Shown here: one piece after another, positions 24,969-33,952 of the stretch
How the letters are laid out: each line of letters opens with the position of its first letter
Numbering within the stretch: the first letter of the stretch is position 1
From: Patescibacteria group bacterium
GTDB taxonomy: Bacteria > Patescibacteriota > Minisyncoccia > UBA6257 > HR35
Length of the DNA stretch: 64,000 nucleotides
Assembly (NCBI GenBank): GCA_030549895.1
Contig: JAUQQM010000002.1
Location: 1,037 to 65,036, forward strand
Direction of reading: 5' to 3'
Notes under the pieces: model-generated
The model's database searches: none
What the model was told of the DNA's origin: nothing
Seen by the model: only the letters and a program-made list of their open reading frames with translations
Made by a program: the position numbers and the translations under genes

Positions 24969-25883
24969 ATGCTAATTTTTCTTCAAAGAATTTTAAAAAA
25001 CGGTTGGAAAAATTTTATCAGAAATCCTCTTTTAAGTCTAGCAGCAAGTTTTATAAATTCTTTGATGATTTCAACGATGATAGGACTTATAGTTTTTTCT
25101 GCTTTTTCCAACATTTTAATAAAATATATTCAACAAAAATTAGATCTTTCAATCTATTTTAAAGAAACAGTCTCTGAAAATCAAATAAAATCTTTACAGG
25201 CAGAACTTTCAACTTTTGATTTTATCGAAAAAATAAATTACATCACTAAAGAAGAAGCTCTTGAAATTTTTAAAGAAAAAAATAAAGACAATCCCCTAAT
25301 TTTAGATGCCCTTGAAGAGTTAGGTAGTAATCCACTTTCAGCTTCTTTTGCTATTGTAACAAAAAAACCTGAAGACTACGAGAAATTAGCTCAATTTCTT
25401 AGGACCTCTAAATATAGAAATATAATTGAAGAAATTACTTTTTCAAGAAATAAAGAAATAATAGATAGGATTGTCAGCATTACCAATCAGGGTAAAAAAA
25501 TAATCTTTTTTATCATTTTTACCATCTCTTTAATAGCAATCATTGTTATCTTTAACACTATAAGAATAATTATTTTCTCCCAAAGAAGAGAGATAGAAAT
25601 TATGCAACTTATTGGTTCTTCAAAAAATTTTATTAAATTTCCTTATTTAGTTACCTCTACTCTTTATGGAATTTTTGGGATTATCTTTGCCGGAATAATA
25701 ATTTCAATTCTCTCAATGCTTCTTTCGCCATTCGTTGACAAGCTGATAACAAACTTTTCTCTTAAACAATACTTAATTGAAAATTTATCTTTGCTTCTAC
25801 TTTTAAGTTTTGCTTTTTCAGTTATCATCAACAACATCGCTACCTGGATAGCTATAAATAGATACCTTAATCTAAATAAATGA
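24969..25883 (+). CDS. ftsX: FtsX-like ABC permease (cell-division type, 4 TM with a large extracellular loop)
   Basis: 304 aa with the N-terminus L..ILKNGWKNFIRNPLLSLAA, one TM, a loop of about 130 aa and three C-terminal TM segments. No ftsE is adjacent. Confidence 0.75.
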   Translation: MLIFLQRILKNGWKNFIRNPLLSLAASFINSLMISTMIGLIVFSAFSNILIKYIQQKLDLSIYFKETVSENQIKSLQAELSTFDFIEKINYITKEEALEIFKEKNKDNPLILDALEELGSNPLSASFAIVTKKPEDYEKLAQFLRTSKYRNIIEEITFSRNKEIIDRIVSITNQGKKIIFFIIFTISLIAIIVIFNTIRIIIFSQRREIEIMQLIGSSKNFIKFPYLVTSTLYGIFGIIFAGIIISILSMLLSPFVDKLITNFSLKQYLIENLSLLLLLSFAFSVIINNIATWIAINRYLNLNK

Positions 25884-27109
25884 TTGAAAAATCTCAAAAA
25901 GGTTTCACTTTAGTAGAACTTATCGTAAGTGTTGCAATTTTAAGTATTTTAGCTACCTCGGTAATAATAATCACAAATCCAGCGGAACTAATGAAACAAG
26001 CAAGAGACTCACGAAGAATTTCAGACCTTACTGCTCTTTCAACAGCAATATCCTTTTATACAAATTCAGTCTCGCCTCCAAATATGGATGGTGTCGGAAA
26101 TTCAACTTGCAAAGATGGCTCAAATAAAAAAGTTTATGTTTCTGTTCCTAGTAATCAAACACCGCCCTCAAATCTTCCTCCAGGCTGGAGTTATGGACAA
26201 ACTTCTGAAACAAATTTAAAAAAAGTTAATGGTACTGGTTGGATACCTATTAATTTTACTTCAGTTATTGGTGGGCCACCAATTTCAGCTTTACCAATAG
26301 ACCCAGTTAATTCATTTTCAAAAAATCTATTTTATTCTTATACCTGCAGTTCAAATGGTAATTTCGAGCTTACAGCAAGATTTGAATCAAAAAAATATAA
26401 TCTAAATGGTTCTAATCCTCAAACAGTGCTTGACGGTGGCACAGATAGGACAATTTATGAAGTTGGCTCTGATTTAACCTTAGATCCATTTTCTCCTGTC
26501 CTTGAACTTTCCTTTGATGAAAGAACAGGCACAATCGCTTATGATAGCTCTGGAAATAATAATCATGGAACTTTATATAACGGACCTCAATGGGTAGATG
26601 GTAAAGTAGGCAAAGCTTTAAGTTTTGATGGAAGTGATGATTATGTAGCTGTTAACGATCCATTTTCTAACAACGTTAATTTTTCAATTGTTTTATGGGT
26701 AAATACGCGAGTAATAAATGACGGTTTTTATCATGGTTTCATTGGTAAACAAGGTGATGCATGTAGAAAACCAGGAATGTGGTTAGCTCCTAGTAGTAAT
26801 GGTCTCCATTATGATTCTTATGATTCATCATGCTCAAATAGGTTCTATAATATTTACGCTAACTTTTTTGACGGTTCTAATATATGGCATCACATAGTAT
26901 GGGTAAAGAATGGTACTACATATCATTTTTATAAAAATGGCGGTCTATTTGGAACCGCCACTGCTCCAAATAATTTTTATACAGCTAATACAAGTTACTG
27001 GATTGGAAGAGTCGATAATTTTTGGAATGGCCTCATCGACGAAGTTAGAATTTACAATCGCGCCCTTTCTGCTGAAGAAATTAAAGCTATATATGAGGCT
27101 ACTAAGTGA
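25880..27109 (+). CDS. Type IV pilin-like (pseudopilin) protein with a C-terminal LamG/concanavalin-A-like domain
   Basis: Prepilin signal KG/FTLVELIVSVAILSIL. LamG-type tail: GKALSFDGSDDYV...WHHIVWV...LIDEVRIYNRALSAEEI. Confidence 0.8.
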   Translation: MIEKSQKGFTLVELIVSVAILSILATSVIIITNPAELMKQARDSRRISDLTALSTAISFYTNSVSPPNMDGVGNSTCKDGSNKKVYVSVPSNQTPPSNLPPGWSYGQTSETNLKKVNGTGWIPINFTSVIGGPPISALPIDPVNSFSKNLFYSYTCSSNGNFELTARFESKKYNLNGSNPQTVLDGGTDRTIYEVGSDLTLDPFSPVLELSFDERTGTIAYDSSGNNNHGTLYNGPQWVDGKVGKALSFDGSDDYVAVNDPFSNNVNFSIVLWVNTRVINDGFYHGFIGKQGDACRKPGMWLAPSSNGLHYDSYDSSCSNRFYNIYANFFDGSNIWHHIVWVKNGTTYHFYKNGGLFGTATAPNNFYTANTSYWIGRVDNFWNGLIDEVRIYNRALSAEEIKAIYEATK

Positions 27110-27406
27110 ATTCGGTTGCAAGCATTATAACTAATAAATTACCAGAATAAAATTAAAACCTAAAAAAAATTTATAAGAGAAAGCAAAAATTTCTGGGCTC
27201 ATTCTGAATATTCTAAAAATTTTATATTAAACTTCAAACAAAATATTCAGCTATATTTTTACCAAAACCAGAAATATTCAAAAAACTTAAAGATTAAAAT
27301 TATGAGAGCTTTTATTACAGTAAAATTTAATTAAAATGATTGCTCGAGTCTAAAATAAAGAAATTCCTTTTTGCTATAGCAAGTGAATATCAAAAGCTAG
27401 AAAACT

Positions 27407-29296
27407 TTAAGTTAACTTTAAAGAGATAACTTTTGAAGAGTTATCTGAGTCCATTGAAACGCCATAAAAACTTTGAGCTATTTCCATAGTGGCTCTATTA
27501 TGAGAAATTATTATAAACTGACTTGTCTGTGAAAGTTCTTTTATAAGTTGAGAAAATTTAACAGCATTAACTTCATCAAGAGAAGCATCAACTTCATCTA
27601 AAACTACAAAAATTGGCTTTGTAGTCTTAACTAAGGCACAAATAAGAGCAATGGAAGTAAGAGATTTCTCACCGCCAGAAAGAGAATCAAAATTAGTAAT
27701 TTTTTTCCCAGGAATTTGAACAAAAATATCTATAGCTTTTAAATTACTTTTCCAAATAAGCTTTGCTCTACCTCCAGCAAAAATACTCGAAAAATAATAA
27801 GAAAAATTCTCATTTATTGATTTCATAGCTTTTGAAAATTCATTTTTAATTCTTTTTTCAACTTCAATAATAAAATAATTAAGATTAGCTAAGGCTTTTT
27901 CAAAATCAAATAGTTCTTTTTCCAATTTTTCAACTTTTTCATTTATTTTTTTATATTCATTTAGAGCGTCTTCATTAATTTGGCCAAGAGAGGAAAGAAG
28001 AGATTCTTTAACTCTTAGCTCATTTTCTAAAGTCTCAAGATCTTTAAAAGACATTCTGTTTGGTTTTTTTAAATTTTTTATCTCCTCCTTAAAAAATAAA
28101 AGAGCTGACTCAGTATGTTTTATCTCTTCTTGAATTTTTAAGTGCCTATATTGAAGTTCTTTAAACTCATAGAAAATATTCTCTCTTTCAGTTTCTTTTT
28201 CTTTAATAATTGTAAGTAGCTGATTTGTTTTTTCTTTTATATTTTTAATTTTCTCATCTATCTCTTTTATTTTTTCTGACTCTACTTTAGGACTTTTAGA
28301 TTCTTGAATATAAGAAATTATCTTTTGAATCCTTTCTTTTATTTGGTCTAAAAAATTAATTTCCAAGAGCGCGCGGAGCTCACTAACTACAAAATCCAAA
28401 ATGTTGCCTTCATCATATTTTTTACTTACCATCTGAGATAAAATCTTATTTTTTTCCTCTAAAAGTTTTATCTCCTCGTTTTTAAGTTCTTTCAATTCTT
28501 CTTGATAACTTTCGGGCTTGTTTTTTATCAAATTTTCATAATTTTCCAAATTTTGACTTACTTTTTCTTCCTCCTCTTTTAAATCTTTTAACTTTTTCTC
28601 CAACTCTTCAATTTTTCTACTATGATGAAAATATTTTGCTATTTCAATTTCCTCTTTTATCTCTTCTATCTCTTTGTTTAAAGCTTCTATTTTTTCTGCT
28701 TTTTCTTTTTCTTTCTGAAAAAATCTAAGTTGGGGTTTTAGCTCTTGAAGTCTAACTTTTATTTGAGTAATATTCTCTTTAGTCTGCTGAATCTTTTTTA
28801 AAGCTTCCTGTTTTTTAAATTCATACTCTTTTACACCAATAAGTTCTAAAATCATTTCATACCTTTGTTCTGGTGAAGATTTAAAAAAGATATCTGCTGA
28901 ACCTTGATTGACAATATTAAGACCTTTGGGTGAAATTTTCAATTTTGCTAAAGTTAGTTGAAGATCTTTTAGTTTTATAGGCTCTCCATTAAGTAAATAT
29001 TCGTTTGTTCCATCTCTAAAGAGTTTTCTTTCTATCAAATATTCGTCATTAAAATTAAGTTTTACCCAACAAAGATTCAAAGCTTTCTGGGGACTAGTAA
29101 AAATTATATCTTTACTTTCAGAAATTCTTATTGATTTAAGTCCTTGTTCACCCAAAACCCATTTTATAGCATCAACAATATTTGATTTTCCTGAACCATT
29201 AGGGCCAACAATTATGGTAATATTAGTTGGAAATTCTAAAACTGTCCTCTGACCAAAAGATTTAAAACCATATATTTCTAAACTTTTAAGTCTCAT
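27407..29296 (-). CDS. smc: SMC-like ATPase, half-size and with no recognisable hinge
   Basis: 629 aa. SMC N-head: IYGFKSF...IVGPNGSGKSNIVDAIKWVLGEQ. SMC C-head: LSGGEKSLTSIAL...VLDEVDASLDEVN...QFIIISHN. Only about 340 aa of coiled coil lies between them. rnc-smc synteny is present. Confidence 0.8.
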   Translation of the reverse strand: MRLKSLEIYGFKSFGQRTVLEFPTNITIIVGPNGSGKSNIVDAIKWVLGEQGLKSIRISESKDIIFTSPQKALNLCWVKLNFNDEYLIERKLFRDGTNEYLLNGEPIKLKDLQLTLAKLKISPKGLNIVNQGSADIFFKSSPEQRYEMILELIGVKEYEFKKQEALKKIQQTKENITQIKVRLQELKPQLRFFQKEKEKAEKIEALNKEIEEIKEEIEIAKYFHHSRKIEELEKKLKDLKEEEEKVSQNLENYENLIKNKPESYQEELKELKNEEIKLLEEKNKILSQMVSKKYDEGNILDFVVSELRALLEINFLDQIKERIQKIISYIQESKSPKVESEKIKEIDEKIKNIKEKTNQLLTIIKEKETERENIFYEFKELQYRHLKIQEEIKHTESALLFFKEEIKNLKKPNRMSFKDLETLENELRVKESLLSSLGQINEDALNEYKKINEKVEKLEKELFDFEKALANLNYFIIEVEKRIKNEFSKAMKSINENFSYYFSSIFAGGRAKLIWKSNLKAIDIFVQIPGKKITNFDSLSGGEKSLTSIALICALVKTTKPIFVVLDEVDASLDEVNAVKFSQLIKELSQTSQFIIISHNRATMEIAQSFYGVSMDSDNSSKVISLKLT

Positions 29297-29943
29297 GATA
29301 TTTTTAATTTTTTAATTAACTTTCTGGCGCATTTAATCTCTGCTTCTTTAATTGAATTCCCTTTAGCCCAACAAAGTTTTTTACCCTCATGAAAAAGACC
29401 AACGGAAAAAACTTTTTTGTGTTCTGGTCCTTCAATTTTTAAAATTTTATACTCAGGTAAACCCATTCCTCTTTTTTGGAAGTACTCCTGAAGAATATTC
29501 TTTGGGTTTTTTGTTTCTTTAATTTTAGACATTTGATTTTTAAATATGTCAAAAATCAAATCTTTTGTTCTCTCCCAGCCAAAATGTAAAAAATAAGCTC
29601 CTAAAAGAGCTTCAAAAGTATTAACTATGACTTTTTTTAAGGCATCTTGAGAAAGATTTCTTGATTTTATATGTTTTTCTATCTCAAGTTTTTTAGCTAT
29701 TTTATAAAGATTCTCGGTACTTACTAAAGAAGCTCTTATCATTGTAAGTTCCCCTTCTCTTTTATTTGGAAACATTAAAAATAAAATCAAACTTATACTA
29801 AGCTCTAAAACAGCGTCACCTAAAAATTCAAGCTGTTCATTGTTTGTTTTTTTAGACCAAGAGCGATGAGTTGTAGCTTTTTCTAGGAGTTCTTCTGGAA
29901 TTGAAAAAATTTCATCCTTAATTTTTTCAACTAAAGTTGCCAT
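29293..29943 (-). CDS. rnc: Ribonuclease III
   Basis: Signature NEQLEFLGDAVLEL and a C-terminal dsRBD. The start is moved to the ATG at 29943 (MATLVEK...), which has TATAAT 6 nt upstream and avoids overlap with nusB. Confidence 0.9.
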   Translation of the reverse strand: MATLVEKIKDEIFSIPEELLEKATTHRSWSKKTNNEQLEFLGDAVLELSISLILFLMFPNKREGELTMIRASLVSTENLYKIAKKLEIEKHIKSRNLSQDALKKVIVNTFEALLGAYFLHFGWERTKDLIFDIFKNQMSKIKETKNPKNILQEYFQKRGMGLPEYKILKIEGPEHKKVFSVGLFHEGKKLCWAKGNSIKEAEIKCARKLIKKLKIS

Positions 29944-29979
29944 AAAAATATTATACATCAATGGTATATAATAATTTAA

Positions 29980-30420
29980 ATGGCAACAAGACATCTTCTT
30001 AGGCTTATTGTTGTGCAAAGTTTATTTGAGTGGTTTTTTAATGAGAGAAAAGAAAATTTAAAAGATATTTTTGAAAGAAATCTTAAAAATTTTGCCTCTG
30101 ATGTTCAAGATCCGGAATTTGGTTATAGACTAGTCGAAGGAATAGAAAATAAACTACCAGAAATAGAATCTAGAATTATGAAATATGCTCATTCACAATG
30201 GCCTGTGGAAGAAATCCCTCTTATAAATCTTTCTATTTTAAGATTAGGAATTTATGAACTTTTATTTTCTGACCCCAAAGAAGTACCCCCAAAAGTAGCT
30301 ATAAATGAGGCGGTGGAGCTAGCAAGTATTCTTAGTAATGAAGAAGCTGTTAAATTTATAAATGGAGTATTAGCTTCTGTTTATAAAGAAAAGTATGGTC
30401 CTGAGAGCCATCCTTTATAA
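29980..30420 (+). CDS. nusB: Transcription antitermination factor NusB
   Basis: 146 aa with R.L.VQ.LF and a NusB-like helical pattern. TATAAT lies 7 nt upstream. Confidence 0.85.
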   Translation: MATRHLLRLIVVQSLFEWFFNERKENLKDIFERNLKNFASDVQDPEFGYRLVEGIENKLPEIESRIMKYAHSQWPVEEIPLINLSILRLGIYELLFSDPKEVPPKVAINEAVELASILSNEEAVKFINGVLASVYKEKYGPESHPL

Positions 30421-30874
30421 TATAAGATCAGCTTATAATGTAGGAAGTATTTTCAGAACTGCCTGTAGTTTGAATTTTGAAAAATTATATCTTTTCGGAA
30501 TTACTCCAACACCAGAAAACAAAAAAGTAAAAAAAACATCTCTTGGCTCAGAAAATTACCTAAAGTGGCAGAAAGTAAAAAGAATTAAAAAGTTAATAAA
30601 AGAACTTAAAAAAGAAGGTTTTCTTGTAGTTAGTCTTGAACAAACTAAAAAATCAATAATGCTTCAAGATTTTGAACCCAAAAAAGAAAAAATATGCTTT
30701 ATTGTCGGAAACGAAGTTAAAGGAATAAATAAAAATATTTTAAAGATGTCTGATTTTGTTGTTGAAATACCTATCTTTGGTCAAAAAGAATCTTTAAATG
30801 TCTCGACTGCTTTTGCTGTAGCAAGTTATTATCTTGCTCTTAAAGACCGACTAAAAAGTAAAAAACTAAATTAA
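30395..30874 (+). CDS. SpoU/TrmH family RNA 2'-O-methyltransferase
   Basis: 159 aa with N.GSIFRTA, VGNEVKGI and ESLNVS motifs. Confidence 0.8.
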   Translation: MVLRAILYNIRSAYNVGSIFRTACSLNFEKLYLFGITPTPENKKVKKTSLGSENYLKWQKVKRIKKLIKELKKEGFLVVSLEQTKKSIMLQDFEPKKEKICFIVGNEVKGINKNILKMSDFVVEIPIFGQKESLNVSTAFAVASYYLALKDRLKSKKLN

Positions 30875-31448
30875 CAAGAATTTTAATTATTGGCCAAAAT
30901 AGAAAAATAAAAACAAAAATTAAAAGAAGGCCATAAACTTCTAAATAAAACATTAAATATTCTTTTCCTCGAGGTAAAAATAAAAATAAAATTTTTGAAC
31001 CATCAAGAGGTGGAATTGGTAAAAGATTGAAAATCCCTAAAAGGATATTAATATAAACTATCTCTTTTAAAATTTCTTTAGCATAAGGTAGAATTCCTAG
31101 GCGGTAAATTAAAGAAAAAATTATTGCTAAAATAAGATTTGAAATTGGTCCAGCAAGAGCTACTTTTAAAATATCTTTTTTTAAATTTTTGAAATTAAGA
31201 GGATTATAAGGAACTGGTTTTGCCCATCCAAAAATAACAGTCGGAATTCCTATAAAATTTAAAAATAAAAGAAAAAAAGGAAGAGCAATAGAACCAAGAG
31301 GATCAAGATGAGCTAAGGGATTCAAAGTAAGTCTTCCTTGCTGTCGAGCAGTCGGATCACCTAACTTTTCAGCAACTATCCCATGAGTGACTTCATGAAA
31401 GATAACTGAGAAAATAAAAATTATAAATGTAACTATAAAATCAAGCAT
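30840..31448 (-). CDS. Site-2 protease family (M50) membrane metalloprotease
   Basis: 202 aa with HEVTHG and the NLLPIPPLDG motif. Confidence 0.8.
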   Translation of the reverse strand: MLDFIVTFIIFIFSVIFHEVTHGIVAEKLGDPTARQQGRLTLNPLAHLDPLGSIALPFFLLFLNFIGIPTVIFGWAKPVPYNPLNFKNLKKDILKVALAGPISNLILAIIFSLIYRLGILPYAKEILKEIVYINILLGIFNLLPIPPLDGSKILFLFLPRGKEYLMFYLEVYGLLLIFVFIFLFWPIIKILVNLVFYFLVGL

Positions 31449-31731
31449 TCTGAGTTTCTTTTTTAGGTTTGATATTTATTTTTCTTTTTTTACCAGAAAT
31501 AATTCTTTTTTTAATTAAAAGATTCCAAACAGTATCACTTACCTGAGCGCCAACTGAAATCCAGTATTTAATTCTGTCTGGTTTAAAATCACCAACTTTT
31601 TTTATTGGATCCCACCAACCGAGAATTTCTTTTGCTTTACCAGATTTAGGGCTAAATCGAGAATCAATAGCAACAATTCTGAATCTTGGTTGATTTCTCT
31701 TTCCAACTCTTTGAAATCTTATTTTAAGCAT
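31441..31731 (-). CDS. rpsP: 30S ribosomal protein S16
   Basis: MLKIRFQRVGKRNQPRFRIVA. The start is moved from 31767 to 31731, which has TGTTATAAT 6 nt upstream. Confidence 0.9.
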   Translation of the reverse strand: MLKIRFQRVGKRNQPRFRIVAIDSRFSPKSGKAKEILGWWDPIKKVGDFKPDRIKYWISVGAQVSDTVWNLLIKKRIISGKKRKINIKPKKETQNA

Positions 31732-31737
31732 AAAAAT

Positions 31738-31746
31738 ATTATAACA
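31738..31746 (-). promoter_or_regulatory. Extended -10 (TGTTATAAT), 6 nt before the rpsP ATG
   Basis: Plus-strand attataaca. It sits back to back with the promoter at 31755. Confidence 0.5.
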
Positions 31747-31754
31747 CAAAAATT

Positions 31755-31763
31755 TGTTATAAT
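31755..31763 (+). promoter_or_regulatory. Extended -10 (TGTTATAAT), 6 nt before the cysteine desulfurase ATG
   Basis: tgttataat followed by tcattt and then ATG. Confidence 0.5.
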
Positions 31764-31769
31764 TCATTT

Positions 31770-32942
31770 ATGAGAAAAGTTTACCTTGATTATGCAGCTA
31801 CAAGTCCTGTTGATGAAGAAGTTTTAAATGAAATGATGAAATTTTTTAATATTGACTTTGGAAATCCATCAAGTCTCCATTTATGGGGACAAAAAGCTCT
31901 AATTGGTCTTGATAGCGCAAGAATAAAATTTAAAGAACTTTTAAATGCTAAAGAACTAAAGGAAATAATTTTTACTAGTTCAGCAACGGAATCTAATAAC
32001 TTTATCATTAAGGGGCTGGTCTTTGTTTGGTTATTTAAAAAAAGAAAAAAACCACACATTATTTCTACAACAATTGAGCATGAATCGATTGAACAAACTT
32101 TAGAAGAACTTAAAAACTTAGATCTAATAGAGCTTGATTTAGTTAGTCCAAACAAAGATGGCTTTATCGATCCAAAAAATATAGAAAATTACATAAAAGA
32201 AAATACTCTTCTTGTAAGTGTAATTTATGTCCAGAATGTAATTGGCACAATTCAGCCTATAAAAGAAATAGCTCAAAGACTGAAAGAAATTAACAAAGAA
32301 AGAAAAGAAAAAGGACTAAACGAGATTTACTTTCATACTGATGCAGCTCAAGCTGGTCTTACAGAAAATTTAAACATTCAAGAATTAGGAGTAGATTTTT
32401 TGACTCTTTCTTCTCATAAAATTTACGGACCAAAAGGAGCAGCGTTAGTGTACAAAAGAGCTGATATTGAAATCTTGCCTCTCCTTTCTGGACCAGGACA
32501 AGAATTTGGTCTTCGTTCAAGCACAGAAAATGTTCCAGCTATTTATGGTTTTGCTAAAGCATTTGAAAAATTTTATCCAAAAAGAAAAGAAAATAACAGT
32601 TATCTTTTTGAACTTAAAAATTATTTTTTAAATGAAATAAAAAAAATCTATCCAAAAGTTCAAGTAAATGGTGCTCTTGAAAATTCATGTCCTAAAATTT
32701 TAAACCTTTATTTCCCTGATTATCTTTCTCAAGAAATTCTGATAAAACTTGATTTAGAAGGTATAGGAGTTTCTATCAGTTCAGCCTGTTCTGTTCGAGC
32801 ATCAAAACCAGATAAAATAATCTTAGCTCTTGGTCACAGTCAAGAAAGAGCTCAAAAAAGTATTAGATTTTCTTTTGGACTTAAAACAACTTTTGAAGAA
32901 CTTTCTTATGTAATTGAAACTCTAAAAAAAATAATCAGTTAA
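31770..32942 (+). CDS. Cysteine desulfurase (NifS/IscS class V aminotransferase)
   Basis: 390 aa with the PLP-Lys motif SSHKIYGPKG and the active-site Cys loop SSACS. Confidence 0.9.
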   Translation: MRKVYLDYAATSPVDEEVLNEMMKFFNIDFGNPSSLHLWGQKALIGLDSARIKFKELLNAKELKEIIFTSSATESNNFIIKGLVFVWLFKKRKKPHIISTTIEHESIEQTLEELKNLDLIELDLVSPNKDGFIDPKNIENYIKENTLLVSVIYVQNVIGTIQPIKEIAQRLKEINKERKEKGLNEIYFHTDAAQAGLTENLNIQELGVDFLTLSSHKIYGPKGAALVYKRADIEILPLLSGPGQEFGLRSSTENVPAIYGFAKAFEKFYPKRKENNSYLFELKNYFLNEIKKIYPKVQVNGALENSCPKILNLYFPDYLSQEILIKLDLEGIGVSISSACSVRASKPDKIILALGHSQERAQKSIRFSFGLKTTFEELSYVIETLKKIIS

Positions 32943-33949
32943 GGGGCAATTTCTCTTATATCAAGAAAACATTTTTGAGTACACTCTTGGTAAGTAGGAA
33001 AGACATATTTTTCGGTTGGTGTTTTGCCTGGATTACTAATACAGAAACCATAAAAACATCTGTACCAAGTGGTTTCTGTATTTATAGAAACTTCAGAAGA
33101 AATTTGACTTGCTGGGGGACAAGAAATTAAAGTATCAGTGATACTACAATCAGCTGATTGAGCTAAACAATTTATAGTATATCCACCGTATTGATGATAA
33201 AAATCAGGTGAGGTAGTAACAAAAACTAGCCCTGTCGTTGAAGCATCACTAAATAACAATATAGAATTATTATTATTGTTTTTATCTGTAAAAGTAAGAC
33301 TGCAAGAATTTTCAATTAAGTCATTAGAGGTCCAAAAAAGAGCATATTCACTTATTCTTCTTACATCAGCAGCTGTAGTAGAAACTTGAGTATTTGGAGG
33401 AGAGCTTGTGACGTATCTTCCTGCCCAAGCAGTTTTAGTAGCCTTATCATATCCAAAAAAATCAAAAGTAGTACTAGCAACTAACTGACCAGAAATAGAA
33501 AGAGCTGAAGAGGTATTATAATAAACAAGAAAAGAAAGAGAGGGTGTAGTACTTACTATAATAAAATCAAAGGAAGAAACCAAAGCTTTTTGATCAGTTT
33601 CATTTTGTAAGTATATATTAAGGGTAGTAGTTACAAATGTAGACTCAAGTGCACTAATAGTACCAGTTACTAAACTTTCAGAAAAAGTACTTATTTGAGT
33701 AAAAAAATAAACATAACTAAGAGAGCAAGGTACATCGGTACAACTTGTGCTAGTAATCACTAAATTATTTCTTTTTGCTTCCAAATAAATTCCATTAATT
33801 TTAACATTAGGGTCTGTTGTATAGACAATTGAAAATTCATAACTTTTTCCAGCTACAAAAACATAAACAGCTTTTACAAAATTAAAAATGATAAAAGTAA
33901 AAATCAATATTACTCCTATAACAATTAATTTTTTTACAATTAACTTCAT
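32939..33949 (-). CDS. Secreted or anchored Ser/Thr-rich beta-type protein with a Cys-rich C-terminal module; no recognised family
   Basis: 336 aa with an N-terminal TM/signal segment, 13 Cys and the C-terminus YRCFYGFCISNPG...YQECTQKCF. Confidence 0.6.
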   Translation of the reverse strand: MKLIVKKLIVIGVILIFTFIIFNFVKAVYVFVAGKSYEFSIVYTTDPNVKINGIYLEAKRNNLVITSTSCTDVPCSLSYVYFFTQISTFSESLVTGTISALESTFVTTTLNIYLQNETDQKALVSSFDFIIVSTTPSLSFLVYYNTSSALSISGQLVASTTFDFFGYDKATKTAWAGRYVTSSPPNTQVSTTAADVRRISEYALFWTSNDLIENSCSLTFTDKNNNNNSILLFSDASTTGLVFVTTSPDFYHQYGGYTINCLAQSADCSITDTLISCPPASQISSEVSINTETTWYRCFYGFCISNPGKTPTEKYVFPTYQECTQKCFLDIREIAP

Positions 33950-33952
33950 ATC

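Noticed and set aside
27131-27202. A 23-codon hydrophobic minus-strand ORF with TAGAAT 7 nt upstream in the pilin-smc gap.
   Set aside because: It is too short and unsupported to call as a gene. It is kept only as a remark within the intergenic-gap finding.
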